Source of the DNA: a virus
Reading direction: 5' to 3' (one strand)
Virus record (IMG/VR): IMGVR_UViG_3300045988_012220
Location: 32,001-96,000 of that record
Length of the DNA: 64,000 nt
How positions within the stretch are numbered: the first letter of the stretch is position 1; every line of letters starts with the position of its first letter. Of the stretch, positions 53,201 through 63,906 are shown in pieces. The notes under the pieces are model-generated. The model ran no database searches. It was not told where the DNA came from and saw nothing but the letters and a program-made list of their open reading frames with translations. The position numbers were made by a program, and so were the translations under genes.

Positions 53201-54039
53201 GCCAGATGAAGCCAAATATTACTGACGAGTAGCGCAATAACTGGATGTCGTGGTTTAATTAGATGTATTACAATGCTAATTCAGAATATCCTACAATATC
53301 ACAAGCTGTAGAGCAGCAAAGCACACAAAGTGTTAGTAATATTAATCTTGATGGCAAAGGCCCTTCTGGATAGACTGTGTACATAAGCAAATAGTTATTC
53401 TATAAAGATTAGCCTCAACAACACCCAAATGTACAGTACGTGTTCACAGATAATGCTTAGTCTTATGCTAAGGCGCAAGGTTTACCTATGCAAGGTTTTG
53501 CTAATTATAACCCAGTATTAAATGTAAGTTCTGGCGCCACTGGTACAAATCAAGCTTGCATTAGAACTGGCAGCGACGGAAAGATTACACCTAACGCGTT
53601 TGGTCTTGTAGTAAAAGTTAATCAGCAAGATGCTTCTGGCAGATGGCTTGCTAAAGATGGTTGTTTCTAGGATAATCAAGGCGACATAATGGCGTTTAAG
53701 TCGTGGGTTAACCATATGCTTGCAAGAATAGATAGAAATAAGCCAATAGTATTCCCATCATAGATAGCTCTTGGTAAAGCAGCTTTGCCTAGAGAGGCTG
53801 CAGAATGGCTTAGTTTACAATTGCTGTCAAGATTTAACATAAAATCAACAGTTTAGGAAAACACTAAAACTGGTTATACTGGCTATGGATTGTCTATAGA
53901 AGGCGTTGTGGATGATAATTATGCTAACACACTAATTAAAGAAGAGTAGTAGAAGTAGGCTTTAGCATAGATTAATCTTACTAAGGAAGATATAGAAGAA
54001 GCTGAAAGAATTAGAAAACATTGCAAAGGAGGTAAATAA
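38284..54039 (+). CDS. giant multidomain protein containing a virion-type RNA polymerase (5164 aa after intron removal)
   Basis: 18 track ORFs from 39220 to 53488 all lie in frame 1. Hand translation is open from ATG 38284 to TAA 54037-54039 apart from TAG codons and the intron. HEGFH zincin motif at 46129-46143. Beta-prime-like GYRIPTQAQSS...ALRF...ITGSD|FDIDHLY. Confidence 0.8.
50728..50988 (+). ncRNA. group I self-splicing intron (ORF-less) inside the RNAP DFDID motif
   Basis: Carries GGTTCAACGACTATC (R) and GAAGATATAGTCTGATCTCAT (S/P9, a 21-nt block identical to the capsid intron). P9 hairpin CTCATTG-GTAA-CAATGAG. The 5' exon ends in T and the intron ends in G. An in-frame TAA lies inside the insert. 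Removal restores the frame and the motif. Confidence 0.85.
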
Positions 54040-57000
54040 TGAAAGAAATATGTCCTAATTTACATAATAAACAAGTAGCCAAAGAGTTTGGTGAATTAAA
54101 AGATTTGTTCGGTGAGGATACTGCGTATTTACTCTGGAGCAAAAATAATGGATATAGTATAGATAAGGCACCAAATGGCGCCGACTCTATATTATTTGGA
54201 GAGTTGCTGAACGTTACCAATGGAGATAGAATATAGGCTCTTATATTAAAAGCCAAAGTTTATTCAAACGAATTCCTTAACTGGTTTGGTGACTGGACAT
54301 CTGAAGATAAAGAAAACGTATCTAAAGTTGTAGATAAGAATGGAGAGCCGTAGGTTACATATCACACAGTAAGCCCCGACCACTATTCTAATTTTAAGAA
54401 GTTTGACACAAATATCGAGGGGTTTAAAACAGCTATATATCATACAGATAGTATAGAGATGTCTATATCATATAATAAATATAAAGCAGAGAATTACGAA
54501 GAAATCAAAGACTATGATATAAGTACATATAATACATATGTAGAAACAGCCAACAAGGAAATATTTGAAGCATTAAACGATATTAATAAAGATGATTTTT
54601 TAGACGAACGTAATTATGATTGGTTTCTAAAAAAGAAAGAAGAATTTTTATACTATATCAAAAACAAAGAACTAGGTAAAGCTGACGATATTCTTAAATC
54701 TTTTCGTGGTTTGCTAAAACAAAATAAAGAAACATTTGTTCTTATTGGCGACCCATTTAGTGACAAAGAACCTGATTTTGATACTTTTTATCAAACGAAG
54801 CTAGATGAATTAGAGCGGAGTTTTTATACTTTATATGATGCTGAGAAGAATTATAATCCTTATTATATAGAAAGAAAACTACAAACCCAAACATTCGATT
54901 ATACTAAAATTGATTTTCTTAATATAAAGAATCCAAAAATAATTGATGCTAAAGGAAATAATTGGAACCACATTCCTGTTGGAAATAACAAGATTTTATC
55001 AACTAGAGATTTAGAGAAGTCGTATATTACAACAAATTATTCTGATGCAGAAATAGCCGATTCTAGAGCAGAACTTTATATTAGATACAAAAATAAAGAT
55101 TTCTCTAAATTCAATCTATATGGTATTACTATTAGTATAAATAAAAACGGAGATGCTAATTTTTACACAAGAGACAATGTTATTACTATAAAAGGGTATT
55201 TGGACTTAGATACAAATCAGATAAAGTAGGAATATTAGAAAAACAACATATATTTTTATAATCAGGATTTTCATCGCGATGGCGTTATTATTAATAATGT
55301 TACTGATTACGGATCTCCAGTTGGGGAGTTATTACCACATACGGTATACGAATGCATTGATAATTCTCAAGTGAAATCCGCATTTAACAATGGACAGTTT
55401 GCTAATCCAGATGACATGTATGCATCTTCTCAAGGAGAATCCAATATGGGCGCATCCTCTAGATTATCTAATATTCCTAGTAAAGGGGATATATCTATAT
55501 TGTAGCAGTATTTAAAGTCTCATAAAAGCGGTGTATCTAGTACAGCTTTAAAGCTTGTAATGACTGCTGTAAATAGATACTTTAATGATAAATAGACTGG
55601 AGTTACATACGAAATAGTAGATAACCTTCCTGGCGGAGAAGCAGCACATTATGATAGAGTTAACAAGGTTATTCGTATAAATAAGAATGCAAACTTTAGA
55701 AATGAAAGCAAATCTACTGCACCTGAAGTATAGACTATTGTTCACGAAATGCTTCATGCTGTTACAGAGTATGCGATTAGTAACGATTCTAGGATAAGGA
55801 AATCATTTACAGACCTCTACTAGAAAACAAAGAAAGTTCTTGGGAAAGATGCGTAGGACTACGGTTTGAATGATGTATATGAATTTGTAGCAGAACTTAG
55901 CAATGCGCAATTTGTAGAAAAACTAAAGTCTATACAATATAATCGTAAACAAACGCTGTTTGAAAAGATTAAACAGACTATAAAGAAAATATATTCTTAG
56001 ATATTTACAAGCTATAAAGACTTTATTGGTTCAGATAATGTGTACGAAGCTGCTGTTAACGATTTGTTTACAGTTATGTCTCACAACGAATAGAAGGAAG
56101 ACAATATAACTGATAAAGAAGCTAAAGACAGATTAGCTTCAATACAAGCTTCTGAAGACAAGGTTAATCAGATACATCATAGAATAACTGAGCTTTTCCA
56201 AGGGTTGTATAAGGACTATAAAAAATAGCTTAATAAGGGTGCCAATAGACAGCGTAGAGAAGACTAGGTGTGGTCTACAATATAGGAACTTAAGTCACAG
56301 GAAAAGAAAGAGTCTTCAAGAATAGCTATACAATCTGCTTTAAAAACTATTGGTGTGTTCGCAAGAGATCCAATTAATAATACTATTTTGCAGGCTCGTA
56401 GAGATACTATTTTAGGCTTCTTGTAGGAATGCTAGAAGAATAATTTCGATAGCCTCACAGCTGAATAGATACACGATATGAAGTCTAATATTATAGACTT
56501 CTACAACGATCTTGTCAAAACATTGTCTGATAACTAGATGGATCTGGATGCTAGAGATCAAGCTGACGTCGATACGCTTAATGCCACTGTAAGACAGATT
56601 AATCAATTATGGAAAGATGCTGCACAAATTGTAGCAGACAAAATAGTCGATGAAAATGTAGATAAATACATCAATGAATCTGAAGAAGAGAAGAATAAGA
56701 TAAAGACTGTAGCTAAAGACTGGCTTCATAAGAATGATATGTATGGAGACGAATCTAAACTTACATTATTCTTTAATTACTCTAGATAGAACAGTCCTAT
56801 TATTCGCCAAGCGTTCTAGATGATATAGGATGCTGATCAGTAGACTAGAAAAGAGTCTCTACCGGTTATGTAGTAGATAGCAAAAGCTTTTGATAAAGCT
56901 AATTCCATCATAGATGATCTTACTCCAGGAAACTGGTAGACGATGTTGATGGAAAGGTATACAGACGGTCCTAAGAAAGGAGAGTTTACAGGCTTGTTTA

Positions 57001-60000
57001 GATCAGCTGTTAATAGAGGTTAGTTTAAACAAGACTAGGAAAATTTTAAAGAGAAGCTTAATAATGAATGGCAAGACAAATATGGTTATTTCTATTACAA
57101 AGATCCTATTACTGGAGAGACTTTAAGAAGTGATACAGAGTCATCAGTAGAAGAAGAGCAATGGATCGGAGATCAAGAACCAAACTATGTAACATATCAA
57201 AGAAGATACGAGGAATGGCTGTGTGATCATGCACATAGAAGATATTCTAAGACATACTTTATGGAGCGCCTTAGTAAACCTTACGACCCAAAGACTAGAA
57301 CTGGTCACGGTCTGTCTCCAAGAACGCTTTCTAGACAGCAATATATACAAGATCAACTTAACTATTTATTATAGAAATGTTCAGATAAGCAGACTGGTTT
57401 ATCTTACCCAGAAAAGCTTAATCCGCACGATTATCAGAAACTGTAGATGTGGAAGGATGCTTTACAAGATTTGGGTAATCCATTTGATCAAGAAGGCAAC
57501 CTCAAAGAAGGCGATGAGTTACAAACAGCCCTTGAGATACAGTCTTGGAATAACTGGTTAGCTAAACAAACAGACTATTCTACAGATTTTGAGGAGTTTG
57601 ATAAAGAGTATCAGAATATATTGAATTAGATTAAAGCAGGAGAAAAAACTGCATAGGACCTATATAAGTTTATTGATGCTAATTCAGAATATGGTATAAA
57701 TCCAGAATACCTCGAATATATCTTTGATAAAAACAAATCCGCTAAAGAAAGTCTATAGAGAATGTTCTAGAACTCAATGAAGAAGCTTATTAAAACAAAG
57801 AATGGCTTTGTTAAAGATTTCAGTAATGTAATCTTCTCTGAACAGCCTGATGGTACGGTAAAAGTTCCAGATATGTGGTTCTATTCAAGATCTGCCGATA
57901 TCAAAAATAATGAAGAGAACAATGCTACTGGTATAGACCCAGAAGAATTTAGAGACGCTTTTGATATTAGAGAAGTTCCTTATACAGATCCTTCTGGAAT
58001 GCAATTAGCTAAAGATGGTGTAACAAAATTTGATCCACGTAATAATCCAAATGGCGTAGAGCCTATGTCGTGGTTTGAATATATACTTAAACAGTACACG
58101 GATGCAGCTCTTGATGGCAGAATGCCTAGATATGTATCGCTCGATGGTAAAATAGCGATAGACTTCTCTACACTTGGTGGCAATCGGTAGTCGGTAGAGA
58201 GATGGATAGCTGAGAATATTCTTATGTATACAAAAACATGGGAAGGTAAGGATGGTTCTATGAAATCTAAGCAAGTTCCACTTACAATATTCTCTCAGAT
58301 AATTCCTAGACACGCTACATTTGGAAATAACTAGCCTACATCTAGATATATTCCTAAAGGTCGTTTTACAACAAAGAAAGGATCTTTTGGCTCTTCTATA
58401 TACGACGACAAGTTCTACGATGGTGATAGAAGTGGTTTGTAGCCAGACTTTGATAAGTATGGAGATAAGGATTTTGTTAAGTTTATATAGAAGGGTGACG
58501 CTAGAGCCTAGTATTACAATCTTCTTGTACAAACTATGGAATAGCAATGGGATAAGCTTGGACTTGATCCATCGTATAATAGATTTAAACTTCCGCAGAT
58601 GGAGGGAACTTCTGATATGAAGAGATCTAGAGCTTTTGGTAGCCCTAAAAAGTTCATTAAGAATAAACTTCAAAACGCAACTGGTGCTACGTCTGATGAT
58701 ACAAATATGAGAGACGAAGGTGATTTTGTACAGCGTAATGGTAAGTGGGTTCTTAAGACTGCGCCAACACGCTTTATAAACGAAATGGAAGACCCTTCAA
58801 TGATTAGCTCAGATTTAGCTTACACTGTTGGCATGTTTGTAAATATGGCTAACAACTTTGTAAATAAGTCTAAAGTACAAGCTAAGCTTGAGACATTGGG
58901 ATATAACTTGTCTGATGAAACAAGAGATTCTGAACATCAAGGAACTGGTACTAGATAGCAAGAACGATATGCCAAGATGTTAAAACAATTGTTTTATGAG
59001 TCTAGAGAAACGAACGATAATCCTGGAGAAAAGCCTTCGAAAAAAGCTATCGCAGCAGCAAAACTTGTAAATAAGACTAGGGGTGCTTCAGCTTATCTTA
59101 TGCTTGCAGCTAACATACCTTCAATGTTTGTTGGTGTATGGGACTCTTTCACACAGATGCCAGCACAAGCTGCTAGAAATGATCAATTTGGTTTTAGAGA
59201 CCTTATAAAAGCATACCTTTATACAGGATTTGATCTTATGAAGGCTTTAGCTAATATTGGTAACCCTATAGCTAATTGTAAAGCTGTAGCTATGATGTAG
59301 AAAGATGGTCTCGTTAGAACAAATGATGAGACATTTAAAGACATTTATCGCAATAGAATTACAAAGGCTTTAAAGCAATCAGCTACAGGAGGTTATACAA
59401 TGGGCGATTATATGATGAACATGCTCGCACAAAGAGCTACATATAATGCCAAGAAATACTATCCAGGAAACACTGTTGTTAAAGAAGGTTTTTATACAAA
59501 GGCTGAGTTCGATAGATTAATGGTAAATAGTGGTCTTACATAGAAAGAGATTAATAGGGAATGGAAAGATAACCATGGAGAATCTATGTGGAATGCTTAC
59601 TATTTCGATCATGGTATAGCAAAGATTAAACCATCGTATACTAATGCCTAGATGTAGGACAGTAAGTTATCTGCTACCATACAGCAAACTATGGCATTGC
59701 TTAATGGTAACTCGCCAAAGAATGATCAATCAGCTGTTAGTAACAATGTCTTGCATAAATTCTTCTTCTTAATGCGTAACTTCTTTATACGTAGAGCAGA
59801 ACATTGGTTTGCAGGATATACTTCAGATAACGTTGTAAGAGAGATTGAATAGATAAAAGAAACTATGCAAAGAGGTGGTACAACAACCATTAAAACTAAA
59901 ACTGTTCGTAAACCTCTAACAAATGAGTAGAAAGCACAGAGATGCATGTATGACTATAGTACTGGTGAAGCTAATCCAGCTGTATTAGTAAATCTTATGA

Positions 60001-60731
60001 GAGGAGCGCATACTCAGCTTAAATGGTTTAACCAGCAGATGTTTAATCGTCAAGCCACTATTACAGATCCGGTTAAATTTAACAAAAATGAAGTAAAATC
60101 TCTTAGAGAGTTTTTGACATGGGGGCTTTGTCTAGCATTACTTTCTGTAGGATGGATGGCGTTTCATAGATATGTATAGGACGATACAAAAGATCTTAAA
60201 CCTAAGACTTATGAAGACTCTTTGCCTACTGTAAAGAACTTTATAGACTAGAAGGTTTACCTCAGACTTATAGACCAGTGTATGTTCAGAACTATTGACT
60301 CACAATTTCAGTTGTACAATGTTTATTAGTTTGTAGATATGGTTAAATCCGCAACAACTGTAACATCTGCTGTAGAGAAATTCACGGAAGTACCTACAGC
60401 TATTGCTGATGCAGCCGGATTAACAGGAAATAATCCAACCGACATTATTTCGTCTGACTCAAAGTATAAATACTTCCCACGTTGGCAAAGATCTTTAATG
60501 ACAGCCTCTGGAGTCCTTAACAATATACAAACATGGGGCTCCAGTAGAGGTAACGATAAAGTAGGTAGATGGTACTTTGACAACACAGTGACAGGTACCG
60601 TGTTTAAGATGGGTGGATATACATGGAAAGGTGGCGAAGAAAAGAAATCTAGTTCTGGTAATGTGTTTAAAATGGCTCCAATGTAGCCGATGCCAAAAAT
60701 GGCACCTATGGCACCAATGCCTGGATTTTAA
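54039..60731 (+). CDS. second giant virion/cargo protein with a zincin HExxH motif (2230 aa)
   Basis: AAGGAGG lies upstream of a TAATG start. Nine track ORFs (54039 to 60339) share frame 3. HEMLH at 55743-55757. Stop is TAA 60729-60731. Confidence 0.8.
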
Positions 60732-60773
60732 ACGCGTACTAAAACATTTCACATAAACCAAACCAAACAAAAT

Positions 60774-60806
60774 AGGGGAGCAATACCGATAAGGTACTGT
60801 TCCCCT
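60774..60806. terminator. bidirectional hairpin terminator between the convergent arms
   Basis: AGGGGAGCAATACC-GATAA-GGTACTGTTCCCCT with an A-run upstream and a T-run downstream. It lies between the + stop at 60731 and the - stop at 60813. Confidence 0.6.
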
Positions 60807-60812
60807 TTGTTG

Positions 60813-61277
60813 TTATATAAGGTTTTCTAAAAAGAGTGGAGCCTCGTCTGCCAACGGCATAGCGTAATCCGTTTCTACAGACAAGGTGCTATTACATAGC
60901 AATAATCTTCCTATATCTGAAGTAAGACCCCAAAACTGCAAAATTCGAGTCCTTTCTTCTAGAGTCGGAGAGATTACTCCATCTTTCATCTTACATATCG
61001 ATGGCGTCATACTAAGCTTGTACACCATATATGGTATATTATTGCACCGTTTAGTATAAACGCCTTTAAAACTAGGTGATTTAATAAAACGTCGTGCTCT
61101 ATCTATAGATAAAGCATTCCGTACATCGTCGTTAACAACGAAGTAGATGCTACGATAATCCCCCGGATTGTCAGGGTCATACGTATAGATATCTATAAAC
61201 CCTGATTTTTCAGAGAAGTCATCTAGCTTAATATCGTTCATAATCAAAGGCATTGCTACCTTTGCAAATTTACTCAT
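60813..61277 (-). CDS. hypothetical protein (154 aa)
   Basis: Intact ORF with a TAA stop. Its ATG overlaps the upstream TGA (ATGA). Confidence 0.8.
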   Translation of the reverse strand: MSKFAKVAMPLIMNDIKLDDFSEKSGFIDIYTYDPDNPGDYRSIYFVVNDDVRNALSIDRARRFIKSPSFKGVYTKRCNNIPYMVYKLSMTPSICKMKDGVISPTLEERTRILQFWGLTSDIGRLLLCNSTLSVETDYAMPLADEAPLFLENLI

Positions 61278-62314
61278 AGGTTTAAAGTTTCGCTACCGTC
61301 TCCAGTGTAATAATCATAGCTATGGTCCCATTTATCTGTTCCCAAATGCCATAAATACACTCTCATGAAATCATGTATCGTTACACCTCTAGAAGTAACT
61401 TGTGGAGTAGCTAATCTGAATACTCTTATCTCGTTACTACCTGTTGTATCGATAGCTACGATATAGAATTCAAATCTCCATTTGTTAATTTCACCATTAC
61501 TTAATTCTAACACATTAGTCAGATACCAATATACTGCTTCCTGATAAAAACACAACTGCCTACAGTAATCAAATTCTTTCATACTGTCTTCAAAGTGCCA
61601 TAACTTAGCTGTAGTTTTGATATCCATAATTGTACACGTTCTTGTATCAAAGTTAAATGTACAACTATCAAGCAATGATTTGCACGCAATAGAAGTATAA
61701 GCTCCGTGATTTAGTTCATCTACAATCCAGTAATCCCAGTTTATCTGGAATTCGTGGTATATCTGAACATTTTTATAATCACCAGCCCTTTGTACTAGTC
61801 GGTTTGCTAACTTATGCTCTTCAACATTATGCTGAATCTTCATAAGCTGGTCTAAGTCATACTGAGATATAAGTATCTTCTTAGACTTAATAGCTTCGAT
61901 ATAATCCTTATACTCTACGCTTATTTTAAGCGCTTCTGAGAGGATTTTATCTTCGCTCTTTCCAACTATACTATAAGACTTGCGATAGGCCTCTGAGAGC
62001 TGTTTATTTAGCTCTATTTCAACGGTATTTATTAAGTTTTCGCAGAACTTTTGTGCTTGCGCACTTTTAGGCTTATCGCCATCGAACAGAACGTAATCAT
62101 TCCAGAACTGATCTGGTTGAAGCAGGAACTCGTGTATCATTGTTCCTTTACGTAACTGTGGCAAATCTAAGCCTTTCTCTTTACCATCTAACATATTACG
62201 AAAATAGGTCGGCCCTTTATTCAAGAACCAGCCTATCGCACTATTACTAATGCGCGTATTATCTTCGTAGTATGGAATGTCGTATTCTGGTATTTTGTAC
62301 TCTGGTGTTTTCAT
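61274..62314 (-). CDS. PD-(D/E)XK exonuclease (RecE/exonuclease VIII, DUF3799-like), 346 aa
   Basis: Start taken at MKTPEYK (TAATG overlap with the upstream gene), not at the track's extended start. Motifs GTMIHEFLL, MDIKTT (D-x-K) and CFYQEAVYWY (QxxxY). Confidence 0.75.
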   Translation of the reverse strand: MKTPEYKIPEYDIPYYEDNTRISNSAIGWFLNKGPTYFRNMLDGKEKGLDLPQLRKGTMIHEFLLQPDQFWNDYVLFDGDKPKSAQAQKFCENLINTVEIELNKQLSEAYRKSYSIVGKSEDKILSEALKISVEYKDYIEAIKSKKILISQYDLDQLMKIQHNVEEHKLANRLVQRAGDYKNVQIYHEFQINWDYWIVDELNHGAYTSIACKSLLDSCTFNFDTRTCTIMDIKTTAKLWHFEDSMKEFDYCRQLCFYQEAVYWYLTNVLELSNGEINKWRFEFYIVAIDTTGSNEIRVFRLATPQVTSRGVTIHDFMRVYLWHLGTDKWDHSYDYYTGDGSETLNL

Positions 62315-63204
62315 TAGCATCCTGCACAACAACCACAACAACAATCATCTGAAGCTGCTTTCTTCTTAACATTCTTCAGACAGTTATCTTTACAAGAGCG
62401 AGCATGAGGCTTTATGGCACCTTTTGAAGAAAGGTTCATATCCTCAAACAACTCTTCGAATGTCGTAGTAGGATAGTTATTAGCTTCCTTTACGAAAGAA
62501 ACAATGTTATCAAAACTACATACCTCGAAGTTGTCCTTAATAAAGTCTGTTAAAGACTTTACTTCTTTCTTGTCGTTAAGCTTATCATTCAATACCTCCA
62601 TTATAAGAGATGGAGACATCTCGTCAAACTCACGCCAATAACGTATACGAGAACAACGATCTATCAGATATTCTGATATCTCACTGTCATCGTTACAGGT
62701 AAACAAAATCATATGCTTACCCTTGGTATCAGATCCATCCAATACCTGCAACAAGAAAGAGTCGTCGTAATCCGCAAGAACTTTATCAAGCTCGTCAAAC
62801 AAGAAGCAAACACTTGTGTCACCGAACTTCTCTACAAGATTTCGAAGGATATGTGGACGTATATTTTTGTCTATGTTCACGATCGGAAGACCGCTCTTAT
62901 TGGCAATCATCTTAGCCATTACTGTCTTTCCTGATCCCTTTAATCCTGCGAGCATTACACCAGTAAATCCGCCTTCAGACAGATTATAGCTATTAATAAC
63001 TTTGTCTATGAAACGTTCGTCACGTTGTGTACAATATACCTTAGAAGGTAAAGATAATTCACCAGACTCTTCAAGTGTTATGGCATCTGTGAAACGATCT
63101 ACAATAACATTATAAACCATTCCTGGTGTCAAATCACACTCAAGTCCTTCTGTGTTAAACTTAAAGTTTACGCTCTTACCTACTTTCAAAAATTTCTTTT
63201 CCAT
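62314..63204 (-). CDS. AAA-type ATPase with a C-terminal cysteine cluster (296 aa)
   Basis: Walker A GLKGSGKT and Walker B CFLFDELD. Start taken at ATG 63204 (MEKKFLK). Tail is ...SDDCCCGCCAGC followed by TAA. Confidence 0.85.
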   Translation of the reverse strand: MEKKFLKVGKSVNFKFNTEGLECDLTPGMVYNVIVDRFTDAITLEESGELSLPSKVYCTQRDERFIDKVINSYNLSEGGFTGVMLAGLKGSGKTVMAKMIANKSGLPIVNIDKNIRPHILRNLVEKFGDTSVCFLFDELDKVLADYDDSFLLQVLDGSDTKGKHMILFTCNDDSEISEYLIDRCSRIRYWREFDEMSPSLIMEVLNDKLNDKKEVKSLTDFIKDNFEVCSFDNIVSFVKEANNYPTTTFEELFEDMNLSSKGAIKPHARSCKDNCLKNVKKKAASDDCCCGCCAGC

Positions 63205-63224
63205 ATTTACTGATATTATAATAC

Positions 63225-63611
63225 TCAAATATTGGTTTTTATCTCTTCTATCATCTCGTCTACCTGTTTATGGTTACGGACAAGATAACATTTCATTTTA
63301 CTTCGATGTCGCTTAAGATAATGCTTAAACAATTTCCATCTAAGTGGGAACGAATCTCCCATAAGGCCTTTACATTCTACTACAAACCCTTTTCCTATGA
63401 AGTCAGGTAGATATGTTAAAGGTCTTATTTTTTCGCCTAAATACTCGAACTTATCCAGTAATACGAAATGCTTTGGCTCATATTTAACTGGTATTCCAGC
63501 TTTCATAAAAGCTTCATAAGTATAGCATTCGAGTTTGCTCCTAAAATGGAGGCCATACTTATCGACTTTAGTCGCATTTCGCACCCTGCCTTTAGATTTC
63601 TTGCCTATCAT
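63225..63611 (-). CDS. DUF1064-like restriction-fold endonuclease (possible junction resolvase), 128 aa
   Basis: FRSKLECYTYEAF...YLPDFIGKGFVVECKG...LRWKLFK matches the DUF1064 pattern as I recall it. TGA stop. Confidence 0.7.
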   Translation of the reverse strand: MIGKKSKGRVRNATKVDKYGLHFRSKLECYTYEAFMKAGIPVKYEPKHFVLLDKFEYLGEKIRPLTYLPDFIGKGFVVECKGLMGDSFPLRWKLFKHYLKRHRSKMKCYLVRNHKQVDEMIEEIKTNI

Positions 63612-63906
63612 AATAAAAATTCTTTCCCCTTATCTTGGATACAGAAGTTTTATTAAAATAGACAATTTCGCCGTCAGTTACTTTTTGTTCACCTTCATGA
63701 TGGACACATGCACATATACATCCATCATCACTATAACTATCCCAGATAGTCATTTGCAATTTATTTGGAAGACAAATGCGCATAAATCCACCTTTGCTAA
63801 GGTGAATTTTCTTAGTCAGCTTCTTTGTAAGCCATTTATGCAATAGAGGAGACATTACTGCACCTCCCAGCACACCAAGCAGGCATCCTATTACTACATC
63901 AATCAT
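63592..63906 (-). CDS. small membrane-anchored Cys/His-containing protein (104 aa)
   Basis: N-terminal hydrophobic MIDVVIGCLLGVLGGAVMSPLL, followed by GCICACVHHEGE. Overlaps its neighbours at both ends. Confidence 0.6.
   Translation of the reverse strand: MIDVVIGCLLGVLGGAVMSPLLHKWLTKKLTKKIHLSKGGFMRICLPNKLQMTIWDSYSDDGCICACVHHEGEQKVTDGEIVYFNKTSVSKIRGKNFYYDRQEI

Noticed and set aside
21130-58673. Other long minus-strand ORFs inside + strand genes (21130-21624, 30585-31064, 44317-44883, 52465-52941, 58005-58673)
   Set aside because: Each lies antisense to a continuous + strand reading frame supported by several same-frame fragments. AT-rich antisense frames are often open by chance.
1-60731. 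Reading the fragmented + strand ORFs as pseudogenes, a decayed prophage or sequencing errors
   Set aside because: The interruptions are exclusively TAG, never frameshifts, TAA or TGA. Frames are preserved over as much as 15 kb, and conserved motifs continue across TAG codons.
38284-60731. Inteins within the giant ORFs
   Set aside because: I recognised no insertion bounded by a Cys/Ser start and an HN-Cys/Ser/Thr end with endonuclease blocks. Visual inspection of 7400 residues is weak evidence, so this remains untested rather than excluded.
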